Notes: generated by a model from the letters alone, not told the origin. A stretch of DNA of 64,000 nucleotides from Geopsychrobacteraceae bacterium (GCA_963662315.1 OY759353.1:768001-832000); one strand, 5' to 3'; counted from the first letter of the stretch, positions 16,100 through 28,468 are shown. Numbers and translations are program-made.

Positions 16100-17167
16100 A
16101 TGGACATAAAAACATTAAATCAAATTCTTGAAATCGCTTTTGCCAAACGCGTTTCAGATATACATTTTGAAGTTGATAATCCGCCATTTTTCCGTGCGCA
16201 TGGCCAATTGCTGCGCAGCAAACTGCCAAACCTTACACCTAAAGATACGGAGTTTATTGCAGCGACCATTATGGAGCGTAATAAGAGGTCTTTACCTGAT
16301 GATTTCTCTGAATTTGATGCATCTTATGCATTAACCAATGGAGGGCGCTTCCGGGTCAGTCTTTTTCGCCAACGAGGGCATATCGGTATTGTCATGAGGG
16401 TGATACCACCAGAAATAGGGACATTTACAGATCTTAAGCTGCCTGCTGTTTTGGCTGAAATTGTCAAAGCACCAAATGGCCTGATTCTTGTGACTGGTCC
16501 AACCGGTAATGGTAAATCAACCACCCTGGCATCCATGATCAACTATATTAATGAGAAGTACGCGTATAATATTGTCACGATAGAAGATCCCATTGAATTT
16601 CTATTCAAGTCACAGAAAAGCTGTATTATTCAGCGCGAAGTTGGCATTGATACAAAGGATTTTGGGTCAGCACTTAAGGCATCATTGCGCATGGACCCAG
16701 ATGCAATCATGGTTGGGGAGTTACGTGATGTTGAAACCATTGATGCATGTATTAAAGCTTCCGAAACCGGACATCTTGTTTTCTCGACCCTGCATACTCA
16801 AGGGGCTGTGTCTACGATCAATCGCATTGTTGGCCATTTCCCTCCAGAATCTCAAGAAATTATCAGGCAGCGGTTAGCGGATATTCTTGTCGCGATTGTA
16901 TCATTACGTTTGATAGAAGATAAAAATGGTGAAAATGTTATCCCGGTGGTGGAGGTCATGCGTACCACAACAACAATTCAAGCGTGTATCAGGGAAGGCA
17001 ATCTGAATGATATCAGAGCGCATATTGAAAAAGGGAGCGCACAATATCAGATGCAAACCATGGATCAGCATTTGATTCAACTATGCAAAAAGGGCCTCAT
17101 TACTGTACGTGAAGCCAAGCGTGTTTCCAATTCTATGGACCTTGAAAGGAAGCTGACTTTTACTTGA
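16100..17167 (+). CDS. PilT/PilU-family type IV pilus retraction ATPase (paralogue)
   Basis: Walker A 'GPTGNGKST', 'TIEDPIE', 'DPDAIMVGELRD', 'TGHLVFSTLHT'. Confidence 0.9.
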   Translation: MDIKTLNQILEIAFAKRVSDIHFEVDNPPFFRAHGQLLRSKLPNLTPKDTEFIAATIMERNKRSLPDDFSEFDASYALTNGGRFRVSLFRQRGHIGIVMRVIPPEIGTFTDLKLPAVLAEIVKAPNGLILVTGPTGNGKSTTLASMINYINEKYAYNIVTIEDPIEFLFKSQKSCIIQREVGIDTKDFGSALKASLRMDPDAIMVGELRDVETIDACIKASETGHLVFSTLHTQGAVSTINRIVGHFPPESQEIIRQRLADILVAIVSLRLIEDKNGENVIPVVEVMRTTTTIQACIREGNLNDIRAHIEKGSAQYQMQTMDQHLIQLCKKGLITVREAKRVSNSMDLERKLTFT

Positions 17168-17277
17168 GAATGATAAATTACGAGGCTTTTGACCAAATAG
17201 AGGTCATTTCAGCCGTTTGATATAAAGCGGCAATCTTTAAGTGGCGGGAGGTTCATAATATCTCCCGCCAACAGATT

Positions 17278-17886
17278 TTATTCTATCCAGGCGGTATCAC
17301 CGCTTCCCTGGCGCAGAATCTCAATCTCATCATCCAATAGACTAATAACCGTTGATGCTTCATTTATAGATATTCCCCCATCGATTACCAAATCGACTAA
17401 TTTGCCAAGTTGATCATTGATTTCATAGGGATCTTCAGGTGTTTCCTGCCCTGAGATATTTGCACTTGTGGTAACCAGTGGGTGACCAAGTTCTCTTACA
17501 ATAGCTTGGCAAATAGGACTGGCCGGGATTCTGATGCCGACGGTTTTTTGTTTAGTGCTCAATGACTCCGGAACGACTTTGGTTGCATTGAGAACAAATG
17601 TATAGGCTCCAGGCAGGTGACGTTTCATTATTTTAAAAGCAAAATTGCTGACTTGGGCGTAATTCGATATTTCCCCAAGATCTGAACAGATAAATGAAAA
17701 AGGCTTTTTACTGTCGCGCTGCTTGATCTGAAAAATCTTTTTAATAGCTTTTTTATTATAGATGTCACAACCGATACCGTAGGTGGTGTCAGTTGGGTAA
17801 ATAATAACGCCGCCCTGTCTAAGGGTTTCTACGACCTGTTGGATGAGGCGAGGCTGAGGGTTTTCAGGATTAATAGTAATAAGCAT
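17278..17886 (-). CDS. Sua5/YciO/YrdC family threonylcarbamoyl-AMP synthase
   Basis: 'YPTDTTYG', 'KQR', 'TTSANISG'. Confidence 0.9.
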   Translation of the reverse strand: MLITINPENPQPRLIQQVVETLRQGGVIIYPTDTTYGIGCDIYNKKAIKKIFQIKQRDSKKPFSFICSDLGEISNYAQVSNFAFKIMKRHLPGAYTFVLNATKVVPESLSTKQKTVGIRIPASPICQAIVRELGHPLVTTSANISGQETPEDPYEINDQLGKLVDLVIDGGISINEASTVISLLDDEIEILRQGSGDTAWIE

Positions 17887-17916
17887 AGCAATCTCCCTAT
17901 CAATAGCAGATAGTTA

Positions 17917-18183
17917 TCATAATAACATTTTCAAGCCTGAGGTCTGTTTCATCGCTTCGTAAATCGCTGTCAACTGTTCATAGCTGTGCAGGGCAACAAA
18001 GACGGTAATTGCCTGGTAGTTGCCGTTTCCACTCGGTCTGCGTTTTACGTTATTTTGCCCCACCGGAACGTGTTTTTCAATAGCCGCAATTATGTCCCTG
18101 TGGAAAACATCGCCTGAGATGCCAACTGCCTTAAACTGATAATGGCATGGAAATTCAATAAGTTGTGAAGGGTCATTTGTCAT
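17917..18183 (-). CDS. YbeD/DUF493 family protein
   Basis: 'LIEFPCHYQFKAVG', 'SGNGNYQAIT'. Confidence 0.85.
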   Translation of the reverse strand: MTNDPSQLIEFPCHYQFKAVGISGDVFHRDIIAAIEKHVPVGQNNVKRRPSGNGNYQAITVFVALHSYEQLTAIYEAMKQTSGLKMLL

Positions 18184-18195
18184 AATAGTCCCTCG

Positions 18196-18639
18196 TTACT
18201 GTCCGGTGTGTCCAAATCCGCCTTTGCCTCGGGGCGTTTCATTTAGGTCTGCCACAACCTCAAGAGTCGCCTGTGATACGGGTGCAACAACCAACTGGGC
18301 GATTCTCTCTCCTGAGCGAATAATAAAATCATCCTTACCATAATTGATCATAATGACCGAGACTTCCCCTCGATAGTCGGCATCTATTGTGCCGGGGCTG
18401 TTGACTAAGGAAATCCCGTGCTTTATGGCGAGTCCCGAGCGCGGACGCACCTGAATTTCATACCCTTTGGGAATGGCAAAGGCGAGCCCGGTGGGGATAA
18501 GGGCGCGCTCACCATGTCTTAGGATCAGATCTTTCTCAATGAGCGCGCAAATGTCCATGCCCGCAGCCATTTCTGTCATGTATTGAGGAATCTCTGCGTC
18601 AGGGTGTAACTTTTTAATCTGAATTAGAGGGTGGTCCAT
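18196..18639 (-). CDS. dut: dUTP diphosphatase
   Basis: 'AAGMD', 'RPRSGLA', '[10 protein letters not shown]', '[10 protein letters not shown]'. Confidence 0.97.
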   Translation of the reverse strand: MDHPLIQIKKLHPDAEIPQYMTEMAAGMDICALIEKDLILRHGERALIPTGLAFAIPKGYEIQVRPRSGLAIKHGISLVNSPGTIDADYRGEVSVIMINYGKDDFIIRSGERIAQLVVAPVSQATLEVVADLNETPRGKGGFGHTGQ

Positions 18640-18657
18640 GTGATGTCTCCGCTTCTA

Positions 18658-18699
18658 TTAAACAGCCGGCGAAAAGAGACCTTAACGCCGGCTGTTTAA
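18658..18699 (-). terminator. Stem-loop or terminator after pnp
   Basis: TTAAACAGCCGGCG...CGCCGGCTGTTTAA. Confidence 0.65.
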
Positions 18700-18722
18700 A
18701 TCTGTACTATATAATGAAGCGA

Positions 18723-20822
18723 TTATTCGTCTTCAGACAACTCCATTCCAAGGGCTGCTTTGCGCGAAAGCTTGATTTTTCCCTGGCGGTCTATGCCGAT
18801 ACATTTAACCAGAACCTGGTCCCCTTCGTTTAAGACGTCTGTTACATTACGAACGCGCTCATTGGCGAGCTCGGAAACGTGCACAAGACCATCAGTCCCG
18901 GAGAAAATTTCTACGAAAGCACCAAATTCCATGATCTTTTTGACGGTACCCATATACAGCTTATCAACCTCTGCTTCCTGGGTGAGGTCGCGAATCATTT
19001 TTATGGCCTGTTTTGCCGCAGCCCCATCAGCGGATGCGATATTAATCGTTCCATCATCCTGAATATCGATAGCACAACCGGTAGCTTCGATAATTCCACG
19101 GATGTTTTTCCCTCCGGAACCGATGACAGTGCGGACCTGATCTGACTTAACCTTGATGCTGGTGATCTGGGGCGCATGCTGAGACAACTCTTTGCGGGGG
19201 GCTGCAATTGCTTTGGCCATTTCTCCAAGGATATGAATCCGGCCAGCTTTAGCCTGCTGTAAAGCTTTTTGCATGATTTCCTTGGTAACACCTGAAATCT
19301 TGATATCCATCTGCAGGGCGGTAACGCCTTCTGCAGTACCGGTAACCTTGAAGTCCATATCACCGAGGTGGTCTTCATCTCCAAGGATGTCGGACAGGAT
19401 GGCAATGTCATCCCCTTCTTTGATCAGTCCCATCGCAATACCAGCAATGGGTTCAGAGATTGGCACACCTGCATCCATCAGGGACAGGGATGCGCCACAG
19501 ACAGATGCCATGGATGATGAACCATTCGACTCAAGGACATCGGAGACGATACGAATAGTATATGGGAAGTCTTCATGCTTAGGCAAAACCTGTGCTGCAC
19601 TTCGCTCTGCAAGCATACCATGACCAATCTCACGGCGGCCCGGAAACAAGCGCATGCTGGTCTCACCAACACAAAATGGGGGGAAATTGTAGTGAAGCAT
19701 GAATTTTTTCATTTCCATGCCCTGAATATTATCCATACGTTGTTCGTCAACGGATGTACCGAGGGTTGTGGTCACCAGCGCTTGAGTTTCGCCGCGGGTA
19801 AACAGAGCACTACCATGGGCACGTGGCAGAACGCCAACCTCGCAGGTAATGGGGCGGATAGTTTCCATGTCACGGCCATCGATGCGGACGCGATCGCGTG
19901 TTACCATCCGGCGAACAACCATCTTTTCAAGGCTGCCTAACGCGCCAGAGATTTCTTCTTCCCGCCCTTCAAATTCAGTTGCAAGCAACTCCTGAACACG
20001 CTGCCGATTCTCGGCAAGGGCTGCGTAGCGATCCTGCTTGGCCCGAATCTTTACTGCTGCGACAACCTCAGTTTCAGCGACCTCAGTAACGCGAGCTACC
20101 AATGCTGCATCTTTTTCCGGTACGCTAAATTCACGTTTTGCGTTGGCGACCAGCTTAGTCAGCTCTTCTTGAGCCTGAAGCAGAGGCTGCAATGCCTCAT
20201 GGCCAAAGAAGATTGCATCTAGCATTTCATCTTCGGTTAAAAATTCCGCTTCACCCTCAACCATCATGACTGCGTCTTTAGACCCAGCAATGACGATTTC
20301 AACATCGCTCTCCTTCATCTGCTGTAAGGTCGGATTGGCAATGAGTTCGCCATTGACACGACCAACACGGATGCCGGCAACTGGTCCATCGAAGGGGATA
20401 TCCGAAATAACAACGGAAGCCGAGGCGGCAACCATAGCATATGTATCTGGGTCGTTGATGAGATCTGCCGAAATAACGGTTGGCATGATCTGAGTATCAA
20501 ACATGTACCCTTTGGGAAATAATGGGCGCATTGGACGGTCGATCAAGCGAGAGATAAGTGTTTCACGCTCTGACGCACCGCGTTCGCGACGGAAGAAAGA
20601 GCCAGGAATTTTGCCACTGGCATAAAACTTTTCGGCATAGTTAACGGTAAGGGGGAAGAAATCCTGTCCTTCACGCATTTTTTTTGCTGAGACAGCAGTA
20701 CATAAAATTTTTGTTTCACCGTATGTAACAACAACAGCGCCATCTGCCTGGCGCGCAACTTTACCTGTCTCTATGGTTAATGGTTGACCGTTAAATTCGA
20801 CTTCAACCTTTTGATAGGCCAT
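18723..20822 (-). CDS. pnp: Polyribonucleotide nucleotidyltransferase
   Basis: 'FFRRE', 'SNGSSSMAS', '[10 protein letters not shown]', KH and S1 domains. Confidence 0.98.
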   Translation of the reverse strand: MAYQKVEVEFNGQPLTIETGKVARQADGAVVVTYGETKILCTAVSAKKMREGQDFFPLTVNYAEKFYASGKIPGSFFRRERGASERETLISRLIDRPMRPLFPKGYMFDTQIMPTVISADLINDPDTYAMVAASASVVISDIPFDGPVAGIRVGRVNGELIANPTLQQMKESDVEIVIAGSKDAVMMVEGEAEFLTEDEMLDAIFFGHEALQPLLQAQEELTKLVANAKREFSVPEKDAALVARVTEVAETEVVAAVKIRAKQDRYAALAENRQRVQELLATEFEGREEEISGALGSLEKMVVRRMVTRDRVRIDGRDMETIRPITCEVGVLPRAHGSALFTRGETQALVTTTLGTSVDEQRMDNIQGMEMKKFMLHYNFPPFCVGETSMRLFPGRREIGHGMLAERSAAQVLPKHEDFPYTIRIVSDVLESNGSSSMASVCGASLSLMDAGVPISEPIAGIAMGLIKEGDDIAILSDILGDEDHLGDMDFKVTGTAEGVTALQMDIKISGVTKEIMQKALQQAKAGRIHILGEMAKAIAAPRKELSQHAPQITSIKVKSDQVRTVIGSGGKNIRGIIEATGCAIDIQDDGTINIASADGAAAKQAIKMIRDLTQEAEVDKLYMGTVKKIMEFGAFVEIFSGTDGLVHVSELANERVRNVTDVLNEGDQVLVKCIGIDRQGKIKLSRKAALGMELSEDE

Positions 20823-20984
20823 AAAATACTCCTTATTGTGAGCTCCAGCCGTCTGGAACCCGGTTTAAAAAAGCTAGGAGGATGACCCGAGACAAAGCCC
20901 CACTTTCGTCGGGATTTCTCTCCGGACAGCCTCCTTAGCACAAACAAAGCAGCATGTCGGAACATTCCAACATGCTGCTCAAAA

Positions 20985-21251
20985 TTAACGACGAATACCG
21001 AGGGCTTTAATAATAGTCCGGTAACGCTCAACATCCTGTTTAATCAGGTAGTCGAGCAAACGCCGACGCTGACCAACCATTTTCAACAGACCACGACGGG
21101 AGTGATGGTCTTTCTTGTGGGTCTTGAAATGCTCTGTCAGGTAGGTGATTCTTTCGGTCAGAAGAGCGATTTGAACTTCTGGTGAACCGGTATCACCTTC
21201 ATGACGCTTGTACTGTTCAATGATTTCTTGTTTACGTTCTGTGCCGAGCAC
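20985..21251 (-). CDS. rpsO: 30S ribosomal protein S15
   Basis: '[13 protein letters not shown]', '[20 protein letters not shown]'. Confidence 0.98.
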   Translation of the reverse strand: MLGTERKQEIIEQYKRHEGDTGSPEVQIALLTERITYLTEHFKTHKKDHHSRRGLLKMVGQRRRLLDYLIKQDVERYRTIIKALGIRR

Positions 21252-21364
21252 TGTGTTCTCCTTTTGTTTGTGATCGATAAAGCCAGTGGCGTGGCTGTTT
21301 TATCATTATCTCAGGCTGCGATTTCTACCATAGTTAGAGTACTTATGTAAAGATCAAACTACTA

Positions 21365-22276
21365 TTAATTAGTCTTTGCTAGGACTCTGATCAGCTCGAA
21401 ATCCCCCCGTTTTTCTTTGGCGCGGGATGGTGCAAAGTAAGCCATAGCTGCAAGATCATCTGCTGCACATAACCTGACCAGATCCCCTTCCTGAATAGTG
21501 TTATCAGAAAGTGATACGTTGGCTAGCCCAGGAGGTATCCCAAAAGATAATTGCTGTATCGCAACGGTGTCAAGCATGGCAGTTGGATAATCTCGCAAAG
21601 CGGTGCTTAATGAGAGCAATGCATGTTGACGCACCTGCTCATCTTCGAGTTCTTCCAAAGTGAAGCATTCTGCTAGGGAAAAGTTTCCAGTGGTAAGTCT
21701 CTGTAACGCGGTGAGGTGCGCGCCGCAGCCAAGCCGATCACCGATATCTTGGGCCAGGGTGCGAATATACGTTCCTTTAGAACATGCAACCTCTAGGGTA
21801 ATCCTATTCTCTTGAATTGCAATTATATCGAGGCAATGAATGGTAATCTCACGAGCCTCTCGTTCAACTTCAATACCCTGACGCGCATATTTATAAAGGG
21901 GAATGCCATTCTTTTTTAAAGCAGAATACATCGGAGGAACTTGCTTGATCTGCCCGGTAAATTCACGACAGATCCCAGGCAGAGCTGAGGGAAAATCCGA
22001 CGGAACAGGTTGCTGAGCAATAATCTCACCCTCGGAGTCGAGAGTCGTGGTCGACACACCCAAAAGTAACTCTGCCCGATATGATTTGTTTTCCGCCAGT
22101 AAAAATTGAAGAATCTTGGTTCCCTCACCAATCGCAACAGGCAAAACACCAGTTGCAAGAGGATCAAGCGTTCCGGCGTGACCAACCTTTTTAGTATGAA
22201 ACAGACGACGAATGCGGCGCACACAATCATGCGATGTCATACCGCCAGATTTATTTAATAGAAGTAATCCGTGCAC
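21365..22276 (-). CDS. truB: tRNA pseudouridine(55) synthase
   Basis: 'KVGHAGTLDPLATGVL', 'CSKGTYIRTL'. Confidence 0.97.
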   Translation of the reverse strand: MHGLLLLNKSGGMTSHDCVRRIRRLFHTKKVGHAGTLDPLATGVLPVAIGEGTKILQFLLAENKSYRAELLLGVSTTTLDSEGEIIAQQPVPSDFPSALPGICREFTGQIKQVPPMYSALKKNGIPLYKYARQGIEVEREAREITIHCLDIIAIQENRITLEVACSKGTYIRTLAQDIGDRLGCGAHLTALQRLTTGNFSLAECFTLEELEDEQVRQHALLSLSTALRDYPTAMLDTVAIQQLSFGIPPGLANVSLSDNTIQEGDLVRLCAADDLAAMAYFAPSRAKEKRGDFELIRVLAKTN

Positions 22277-22282
22277 GTGAAA

Positions 22283-23242
22283 TTAGGCTAACAACTTATC
22301 AAGGAGGCTGTAGACTGTTCGCCTGGTGGTTTTAAGCGAGCCAGAGAGCGTTGCTCCTGCAGCATTATGGTGGCCACCGCCACCGAGCTCGCGCGATAGC
22401 GTGCCAACATCAACGGTTCCCCGGGAACGAAAACTGACTTTAAACGTCTGAGCATCTTTCTGATTAAAAAACAATGCAACCTCAACACCCCGAATCGCAC
22501 GGGGATAATTAACAAAGCCATCAGCATGCTCACTGGTTGCTCCCGATTGGCGCAAATCTTCGAGTGTCATAGCCATTGAAGCATAACGACCGCAGGGTGA
22601 AATATCCAGCGACGGGAGAACAAGAGATAATAATTTCATCCGCTCCGGTGGGTAACTTTCGTAAAGGCTGCAGGCCATTTCCCAAGGATCAACTCCACGC
22701 TCGACAAGCTTGCTGGAAACATCAAAGGCTTCAGGATTGGCGCTCGAGTAACGGAAAGATCCCGTATCGGAAAGTATTCCGAGATAGAGGCATTTGGCAA
22801 CAGAAGTTGAAATATCATATTCGCATGCTTCCAGAATGCGATAAATCATGACAGCTGTTGCGCTCGCTTCAGTATCAAGATAGCAGATGTCCCCAAAATC
22901 AGAGTGCGGATGATGATCAACATTAATAACTGTTTGCGCGATGGCCTTAACATCAATTCCGGCCCGGCGCAGATCACCAGAATCAAGGACAAAGCAAACA
23001 TCGAAAACTTTGTCTGTTGGTACGCCATTAACCAGAAAATCATTTTCCGGAATAAAGCCCATTATGTCAGGGACGCCATCAACGTTGAACGCGGTAACAT
23101 CTTTGCCGATATCGCGCAGAGCAAGGGCTAAACCCAAAGTTGACCCAATTGCATCGCCATCTGGATTTTCATGGGCAACGACAAGAAAACTGTGATTATT
23201 TTGAATCTGTTGACGTATCTGCTGCAGGATCATCGAGGTCAT
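22283..23242 (-). CDS. nrnA: DHH family phosphoesterase (NrnA)
   Basis: 'HENPDGDA', 'VDHH', 'DTGSF', 'GGGGHHNAAG'; start approximate, overlaps the rbfA end. Confidence 0.88.
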   Translation of the reverse strand: MTSMILQQIRQQIQNNHSFLVVAHENPDGDAIGSTLGLALALRDIGKDVTAFNVDGVPDIMGFIPENDFLVNGVPTDKVFDVCFVLDSGDLRRAGIDVKAIAQTVINVDHHPHSDFGDICYLDTEASATAVMIYRILEACEYDISTSVAKCLYLGILSDTGSFRYSSANPEAFDVSSKLVERGVDPWEMACSLYESYPPERMKLLSLVLPSLDISPCGRYASMAMTLEDLRQSGATSEHADGFVNYPRAIRGVEVALFFNQKDAQTFKVSFRSRGTVDVGTLSRELGGGGHHNAAGATLSGSLKTTRRTVYSLLDKLLA

Positions 23243-23579
23243 CCTTAACCTGGCGTAAAAGTGCTTCAATTTTTTGTCCATAACCGATGGACTCATCATA
23301 ATGAAAGCGCAGATCCGGAACTGAACGCATGCGCATAATCTGGCTGAGTTGACGCCGCATAAACGGCGCTGACTTTTTCAACCCCAGTTCCGCATCTTTA
23401 CGTTCCTCTGCCTCATCCGTTACAGTAAAAAATACCTTAGCTATGCTTAAGTCTCGTGCAACCTTAACATCAGTTATAGTGACACTGGATATCCGTGGAT
23501 CCTTGAGGCCAAACATGATTAACTGGCTCAACTCTCTAAGAATCTGTTCGGCAACTTTTTCAGGGCGATAACCACTCAA
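23196..23579 (-). CDS. rbfA: Ribosome-binding factor A
   Basis: 'KDPRI', 'DLSIAKVF', 'PDLRFHYD'; position after infB. Confidence 0.95.
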   Translation of the reverse strand: MSGYRPEKVAEQILRELSQLIMFGLKDPRISSVTITDVKVARDLSIAKVFFTVTDEAEERKDAELGLKKSAPFMRRQLSQIMRMRSVPDLRFHYDESIGYGQKIEALLRQVKDDLDDPAADTSTDSK

Positions 23580-23582
23580 AGC

Positions 23583-23879
23583 CTATTTATCTCCATAATT
23601 TATTAAATCAGTATCAATGCTGATAATTTCAGCCAACCCAGCCTGATAGATGTCGTCTTCAATCTGTGCGAATACGGCCAGAATAACAGAATCGTGACTG
23701 GCAGTCATGCTTCCGCCTAAAACAGCTCTTTGCAAAAGATCCAGACACCCCACTTCGGCAATAGAGACAGGGTGTCTGGATCTTATTCGGTTTAATATGC
23801 GGGCAACGGTAGATCTTTTTTGTTTGCGGGTGTGACAGTCAAATAACCGCATATCGATGATGATGACTCCGACCGTCAT
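23583..23879 (-). CDS. DUF503 (YlxP) family protein
   Basis: 'KQKRS...VSIAEV'; conserved position between infB and rbfA. Confidence 0.8.
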   Translation of the reverse strand: MTVGVIIIDMRLFDCHTRKQKRSTVARILNRIRSRHPVSIAEVGCLDLLQRAVLGGSMTASHDSVILAVFAQIEDDIYQAGLAEIISIDTDLINYGDK

Positions 23880-23891
23880 ACCGCTTCACAA

Positions 23892-26735
23892 TTAAAGAGA
23901 TGTTTTGATCTCTTCCATCTCAAAGACTTCGATAATGTCACCAACCTTAATGTCATTGTAATTTTCAAGGCCGATACCACACTCGTATCCAGTGGCAACT
24001 TCACGCACGTCATCCTTGAAGCGCTTAAGGGAGCTGAGTTTACCTTCCCAGATAACGACATTGTCACGGACAAGACGTGTCTGAGCGTTACGAATAATTT
24101 TACCATCAAGAACGTAGCAACCTGCAATCGTACCAACCTTGGAAACATGGAAGGTATCGCGAACCTCAACGTGTCCAAGCTCTTTTTCCTTCAAGGTCGG
24201 CGCCAGCAGGCCTTCCATAGCATCGCGGATGTCATTGACGGCATCGTAAATGACGCTGTACAGGCGAATATCAACCTTTTCAGTCTCTGCCAAGATCCGT
24301 GCCTTGGCTTCCGGTCTGACGTTAAAACCAAGAACAATAGCGTTGGACGCTGTTGCCAGAGTAACATCACTTTCCGATACACCGCCAACACCAGTGTGGA
24401 TAACATTCAAGCGACAGGCAGCGGTCGAAAGTTTTTCCAAGGCATCTCTGACAGCTTCGACAGATCCCTGAACATCAGCTTTGATGATGACAGCCAGTTC
24501 TTCAACTGTACCTTCCTGCATCTTGGCAAACAATTGGTCAAGAGAAACTTTACTGCTTTTAGCAAGATCAAGTTCTCGCTGCTTTGACTGGCGGTGTTGC
24601 GAAACGTCTTTAGCCGCCTTCTCATTTTCAACCGCGTGAAAGGTGTCACCGGCATCGGGCACGCCACCCAGACCAGTCACTTCGACAGGGAATGACGGTC
24701 CAGCTTCTTTCACTTGAGTACCATTTGCTGCAGTCATTGAGCGAACTCGGCCAAAATGGAGCCCGGCAACGATAGAGTCGCCAATTTTCAGGGTTCCGTC
24801 TTGAACCAGAACGGTCGCTACGGGACCACGACCTTTATCAAGGCGAGCCTCGACGATGGACCCTTTGGCGCGCTTTTCCGGGCTGGCTTTGAGTTCAAGC
24901 ACTTCGGCCTGTAACAATATCATTTCAAGAAGAGATTCAAGATTAAGATGTTGTTTGGCCGAAACTTCAACGAAAATAGTATCGCCACCCCACTCTTCAG
25001 GGACCAGCTCATACTCGGTCAACTCCTGTTTGACCCGGTCCGGATTCGCATCAGGCTTGTCGATCTTGTTAATAGCAACAATGATCGGCACCCCGGCAGC
25101 TTTGGAGTGGTTGATAGCCTCTCTGGTCTGAGGCATGACGCCGTCATCTGCTGCTACAACAAGGATAACAATATCCGTTACGCCGGCACCACGGGCACGC
25201 ATCGCGGTAAATGCTTCGTGTCCAGGGGTGTCGAGGAAGGTAATTTTACCGCCATCAATTTCGACGTCATAGGCACCAATGTGCTGAGTAATACCACCAG
25301 CTTCACCCGCGGTGACGTTAGCGGCACGAATTGCATCGAGAAGACTTGTTTTGCCATGGTCAACGTGGCCCATGATGGTGACGACTGGCGGACGAATCTC
25401 CAATTGACCGGAGCTGTCCTCACTGGCTGTTGAAGATTCGACTTCGAGAATAGTCTCTTCATCGAAGGCAACGTTTTCGACTTCGTAACTGAATTCAGCC
25501 GCAAGTATGGCAGCTGATTCGTAGTCGAGAGGATGATTAATCGTAACCATGGTCCCCTGACGCATAAGTTCAGCGATAAGTTCACTCGCTTTAACGCCCA
25601 TACGCTTAGCCAACTCACCAACAGTAATAGAGTCGCTGATACGAATAATGCGCTTGATTGCTTTAGTGATTGTTGGCTCAACAGTTTTACTTTGTTTACC
25701 CTGTTTGCCGCCACGTTTCTTTTTTGAACCCATGCGGCCGGGTTCAAAAACTTCGACCCGACGACCTTTTCTTGATACGCGCCCATCCTGTTCATCAAAG
25801 GTCTCATCATTGCGGCGACCTTTTTTACGTTTTTTGTTGGTGCGTCCTTCTTTTTCAGGCAGCGGCTGCTCAATCGGAGCAATCGGGGCAACATCAACAC
25901 GTTTGCGTGCTGGTCTTGGTGCCTCGGTACGTTCGGTACGTTCAGGGCGGTTGGGCCGTGCTGGACGCTCTGAATGCCGACCGGCAGGTTGTGATTGTTT
26001 TTGCAGCTGTGGCAACTCAACACGGCCAAGAATCTTAGCTCTGTCTCCAGTCGGTTTGTCTGGATTGATTCTTGCCGGGCTATGATGTTGCTCGGGTTGT
26101 TTTCTGGGTTTGTCCGGAGCTTTGGCTCTTGGTGTATACGGAGCGTGCGCTTTAACCTCTGCCACTTTAACTGTTGTTGCTGGCACCTCAGGCTCTGGTG
26201 CAACAATCTCTGTTTTCTGGGCGATTTCTTTAGGCTCCTCCGGCACTTCGACTGTAGGCTTGTCAAATACTGGAGTGGCTGGGGCATCACTAATAGCAGA
26301 CTCAACAACTGTTGCGGGGGGCTGCTCCTCAGAGGCCTCGGTTGCTGGTGCTGGAGTCACTGTTTGAGTCGTTTCAGTTTCAGGCGGCTTGGTTGCAACA
26401 GACGGTTCATCCATGTCAGCACTGGCGACTACTGCGGCACCGGAAACCTCGTCTAGAGAAGGCTCTTCGGGTACCGATGCAGCCTCAACTTCTGCTGTAT
26501 CTTCCTCTTTCTGAACTACGGTTTTTCTTCTTCTGATCAGACCTGGTTTGATTCTTGCCTCTTCAATCGTCTCGCCAGACGCATCTTTTGAAGATTCGAA
26601 TCTTCTGACCTCATCGTCGCTCAGCATGCTCGTCGCGGAATCGACCGTCACGCCGGCATCGGAGAGTTTCTTAATCAGATCTTTAACATCAAGACCCATA
26701 GTTTTTGCGAGTTCGCTGACTCTTACCTTGCCCAT
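23892..26735 (-). CDS. infB: Translation initiation factor IF-2
   Basis: '[13 protein letters not shown]', 'DTPGHEAF', 'NKID'; long N-terminal region. Confidence 0.98.
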   Translation of the reverse strand: MGKVRVSELAKTMGLDVKDLIKKLSDAGVTVDSATSMLSDDEVRRFESSKDASGETIEEARIKPGLIRRRKTVVQKEEDTAEVEAASVPEEPSLDEVSGAAVVASADMDEPSVATKPPETETTQTVTPAPATEASEEQPPATVVESAISDAPATPVFDKPTVEVPEEPKEIAQKTEIVAPEPEVPATTVKVAEVKAHAPYTPRAKAPDKPRKQPEQHHSPARINPDKPTGDRAKILGRVELPQLQKQSQPAGRHSERPARPNRPERTERTEAPRPARKRVDVAPIAPIEQPLPEKEGRTNKKRKKGRRNDETFDEQDGRVSRKGRRVEVFEPGRMGSKKKRGGKQGKQSKTVEPTITKAIKRIIRISDSITVGELAKRMGVKASELIAELMRQGTMVTINHPLDYESAAILAAEFSYEVENVAFDEETILEVESSTASEDSSGQLEIRPPVVTIMGHVDHGKTSLLDAIRAANVTAGEAGGITQHIGAYDVEIDGGKITFLDTPGHEAFTAMRARGAGVTDIVILVVAADDGVMPQTREAINHSKAAGVPIIVAINKIDKPDANPDRVKQELTEYELVPEEWGGDTIFVEVSAKQHLNLESLLEMILLQAEVLELKASPEKRAKGSIVEARLDKGRGPVATVLVQDGTLKIGDSIVAGLHFGRVRSMTAANGTQVKEAGPSFPVEVTGLGGVPDAGDTFHAVENEKAAKDVSQHRQSKQRELDLAKSSKVSLDQLFAKMQEGTVEELAVIIKADVQGSVEAVRDALEKLSTAACRLNVIHTGVGGVSESDVTLATASNAIVLGFNVRPEAKARILAETEKVDIRLYSVIYDAVNDIRDAMEGLLAPTLKEKELGHVEVRDTFHVSKVGTIAGCYVLDGKIIRNAQTRLVRDNVVIWEGKLSSLKRFKDDVREVATGYECGIGLENYNDIKVGDIIEVFEMEEIKTSL

Positions 26736-27334
26736 CAATTCTCCCTTACCAGTAGCCTGTATCTAGATAATTCATTGAGCATTGTATCGACAAGACTACC
26801 TGAAAGAATGCCTACAACACTTCTTTCCTCTTTGCCGAGTATTTGCCCTATCTTGTCTTTATTAAACACCCTCATATGCGGTATCTGCAAACGGATTGCA
26901 GCAGATTCAACCTTCTTGCCAATTTCAGGAGAAATGTCCTGGGCAATGACAATAAGACCGAATTCACACTGGGGTTTGCGAAGCTGATCAATGACCATGT
27001 TACTACCGGACGAAATGATTCCGGATTTACGCGCCATGCCCAGCAAACTTTCAAACCGATTCATTATTGCATTAGTCAGCTGCCACTCAAGACTTGAGTA
27101 GTCTGCTTTTAGGCAGTGCCCACGGAAACTGCGCATGAATCCATTTTTATCAACAGCTTTCTTTAAACAGGCAGGATTTAAACAGGTATAAGCACCTCTG
27201 CCTGGAAGCTTGTGACGGTAGTCGACCAATAGTTGACCATCTGGAGCTACAACGTAACGGATCAGCTCGTTCTTGTCCAGCGTTGCCCGACAGGCAATGC
27301 ATGTCCTTTGCGCCCCTTCTTTAACCTTACCCAT
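26735..27334 (-). CDS. YlxR (DUF448) fused to an L7Ae-like domain
   Basis: 'RTCIAC...GRGAYTC' followed by 'LGMARKSG...IGQILGK'. Confidence 0.85.
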   Translation of the reverse strand: MGKVKEGAQRTCIACRATLDKNELIRYVVAPDGQLLVDYRHKLPGRGAYTCLNPACLKKAVDKNGFMRSFRGHCLKADYSSLEWQLTNAIMNRFESLLGMARKSGIISSGSNMVIDQLRKPQCEFGLIVIAQDISPEIGKKVESAAIRLQIPHMRVFNKDKIGQILGKEERSVVGILSGSLVDTMLNELSRYRLLVREN

Positions 27335-27346
27335 AATGCTTAAATA

Positions 27347-28468
27347 CTATTCCTGTTCAGAAGCATTTTCGTCGTCAGCAGGTTGATTGTCTCCAGCCTG
27401 AGCGGCGGCCGCTTTGGCCTCTTCCTGCTCTTCCTCCTGAGCTCTTGTCTCACTTTTAATATCGATCTTCCAGCCAATCAGTTTTGCAGCAAGGCGTACG
27501 TTCTGTCCTTTTTTACCAATAGCTAAAGAAAGTTGATCGTCAGGAACAATTATTTCCATTGATTGACCTTCTTCATCGACATAAACCCTGGACACTTCAG
27601 CAGGAGCTAAAGCCGCACACGCATAACGCGCTGGATCGGGAGTCCAAGGAATGATATCGATACGCTCGCCACGCAGTTCGGTAACAACATTCTGAACTCG
27701 GGAGCCACGCATACCAACACATGCTCCTACGGGATCAACATCAATATCATGAGAAACAACTGAAATTTTCGCACGGCTGCCAGGCTCACGGGCCGCCCCC
27801 TTGATCTCTACAATCCCTTCAGCAATTTCTGGCACTTCCGAGCTGAACAGCGATATGAGTAGACCCGGATGGGTACGGGACAGGATAATTTGAGGCCCCT
27901 TGGCAGACATTTTAACTTCGGAGATATAGGCACGCACACGATCAGACTGGCGATAGTTCTCACGCGGGACCTGCTCACGATTCGGCAACAATGCCTCAGC
28001 ACGGCCAAGGTCTACAATCAAATCACCACGTTCGTAGCGTCTTACAATACCATTAACAATTTCACCAACACGGTCTTTGAATTCATTGTAGACGCCTTCA
28101 CGTTCAGCTTCACGTACTTTCTGAATGATGACCTGCTTTGCTGTTTGTGCAGCAATCCTACTAAAACTACCAGCTTCCAGCATCATCCCGAGTGAATCGC
28201 CGATCTCGACATCAGGATCGACTTCGCGAGCTTCCTCGATATCAATTTCTTTGTAAGAATCGACAACTTCATCTACAACAGTAACAAATTCAAAAACCTC
28301 AACTTCGCCGATTTCGTCATTATAATGAGCTTCAAGATCTCTGGTATTTCTGAATTTCTTATTAGCTGCAGAAAGGACAGCAGACTCTAGAGCTTCAACA
28401 AGAACTTGACGATCTATGCCTTTATCCTTAACAACCTGATCGATGATGTGATTGAGGTTACCCACCAT
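27347..28468 (-). CDS. nusA: Transcription termination factor NusA
   Basis: '[11 protein letters not shown]', S1 and KH domains, '[12 protein letters not shown]'. Confidence 0.98.
   Translation of the reverse strand: MVGNLNHIIDQVVKDKGIDRQVLVEALESAVLSAANKKFRNTRDLEAHYNDEIGEVEVFEFVTVVDEVVDSYKEIDIEEAREVDPDVEIGDSLGMMLEAGSFSRIAAQTAKQVIIQKVREAEREGVYNEFKDRVGEIVNGIVRRYERGDLIVDLGRAEALLPNREQVPRENYRQSDRVRAYISEVKMSAKGPQIILSRTHPGLLISLFSSEVPEIAEGIVEIKGAAREPGSRAKISVVSHDIDVDPVGACVGMRGSRVQNVVTELRGERIDIIPWTPDPARYACAALAPAEVSRVYVDEEGQSMEIIVPDDQLSLAIGKKGQNVRLAAKLIGWKIDIKSETRAQEEEQEEAKAAAAQAGDNQPADDENASEQE

Noticed and set aside
25178..26308. 376-aa alternative-frame ORF within infB and other long shadow ORFs in pnp, infB and maeB
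   Set aside because: They are fully nested in well-supported genes, lack recognisable motifs, and are expected from codon bias.
26735..27334. ylxR and infB both begin MGKV
   Set aside because: Four-residue match with different codons; likely coincidence.
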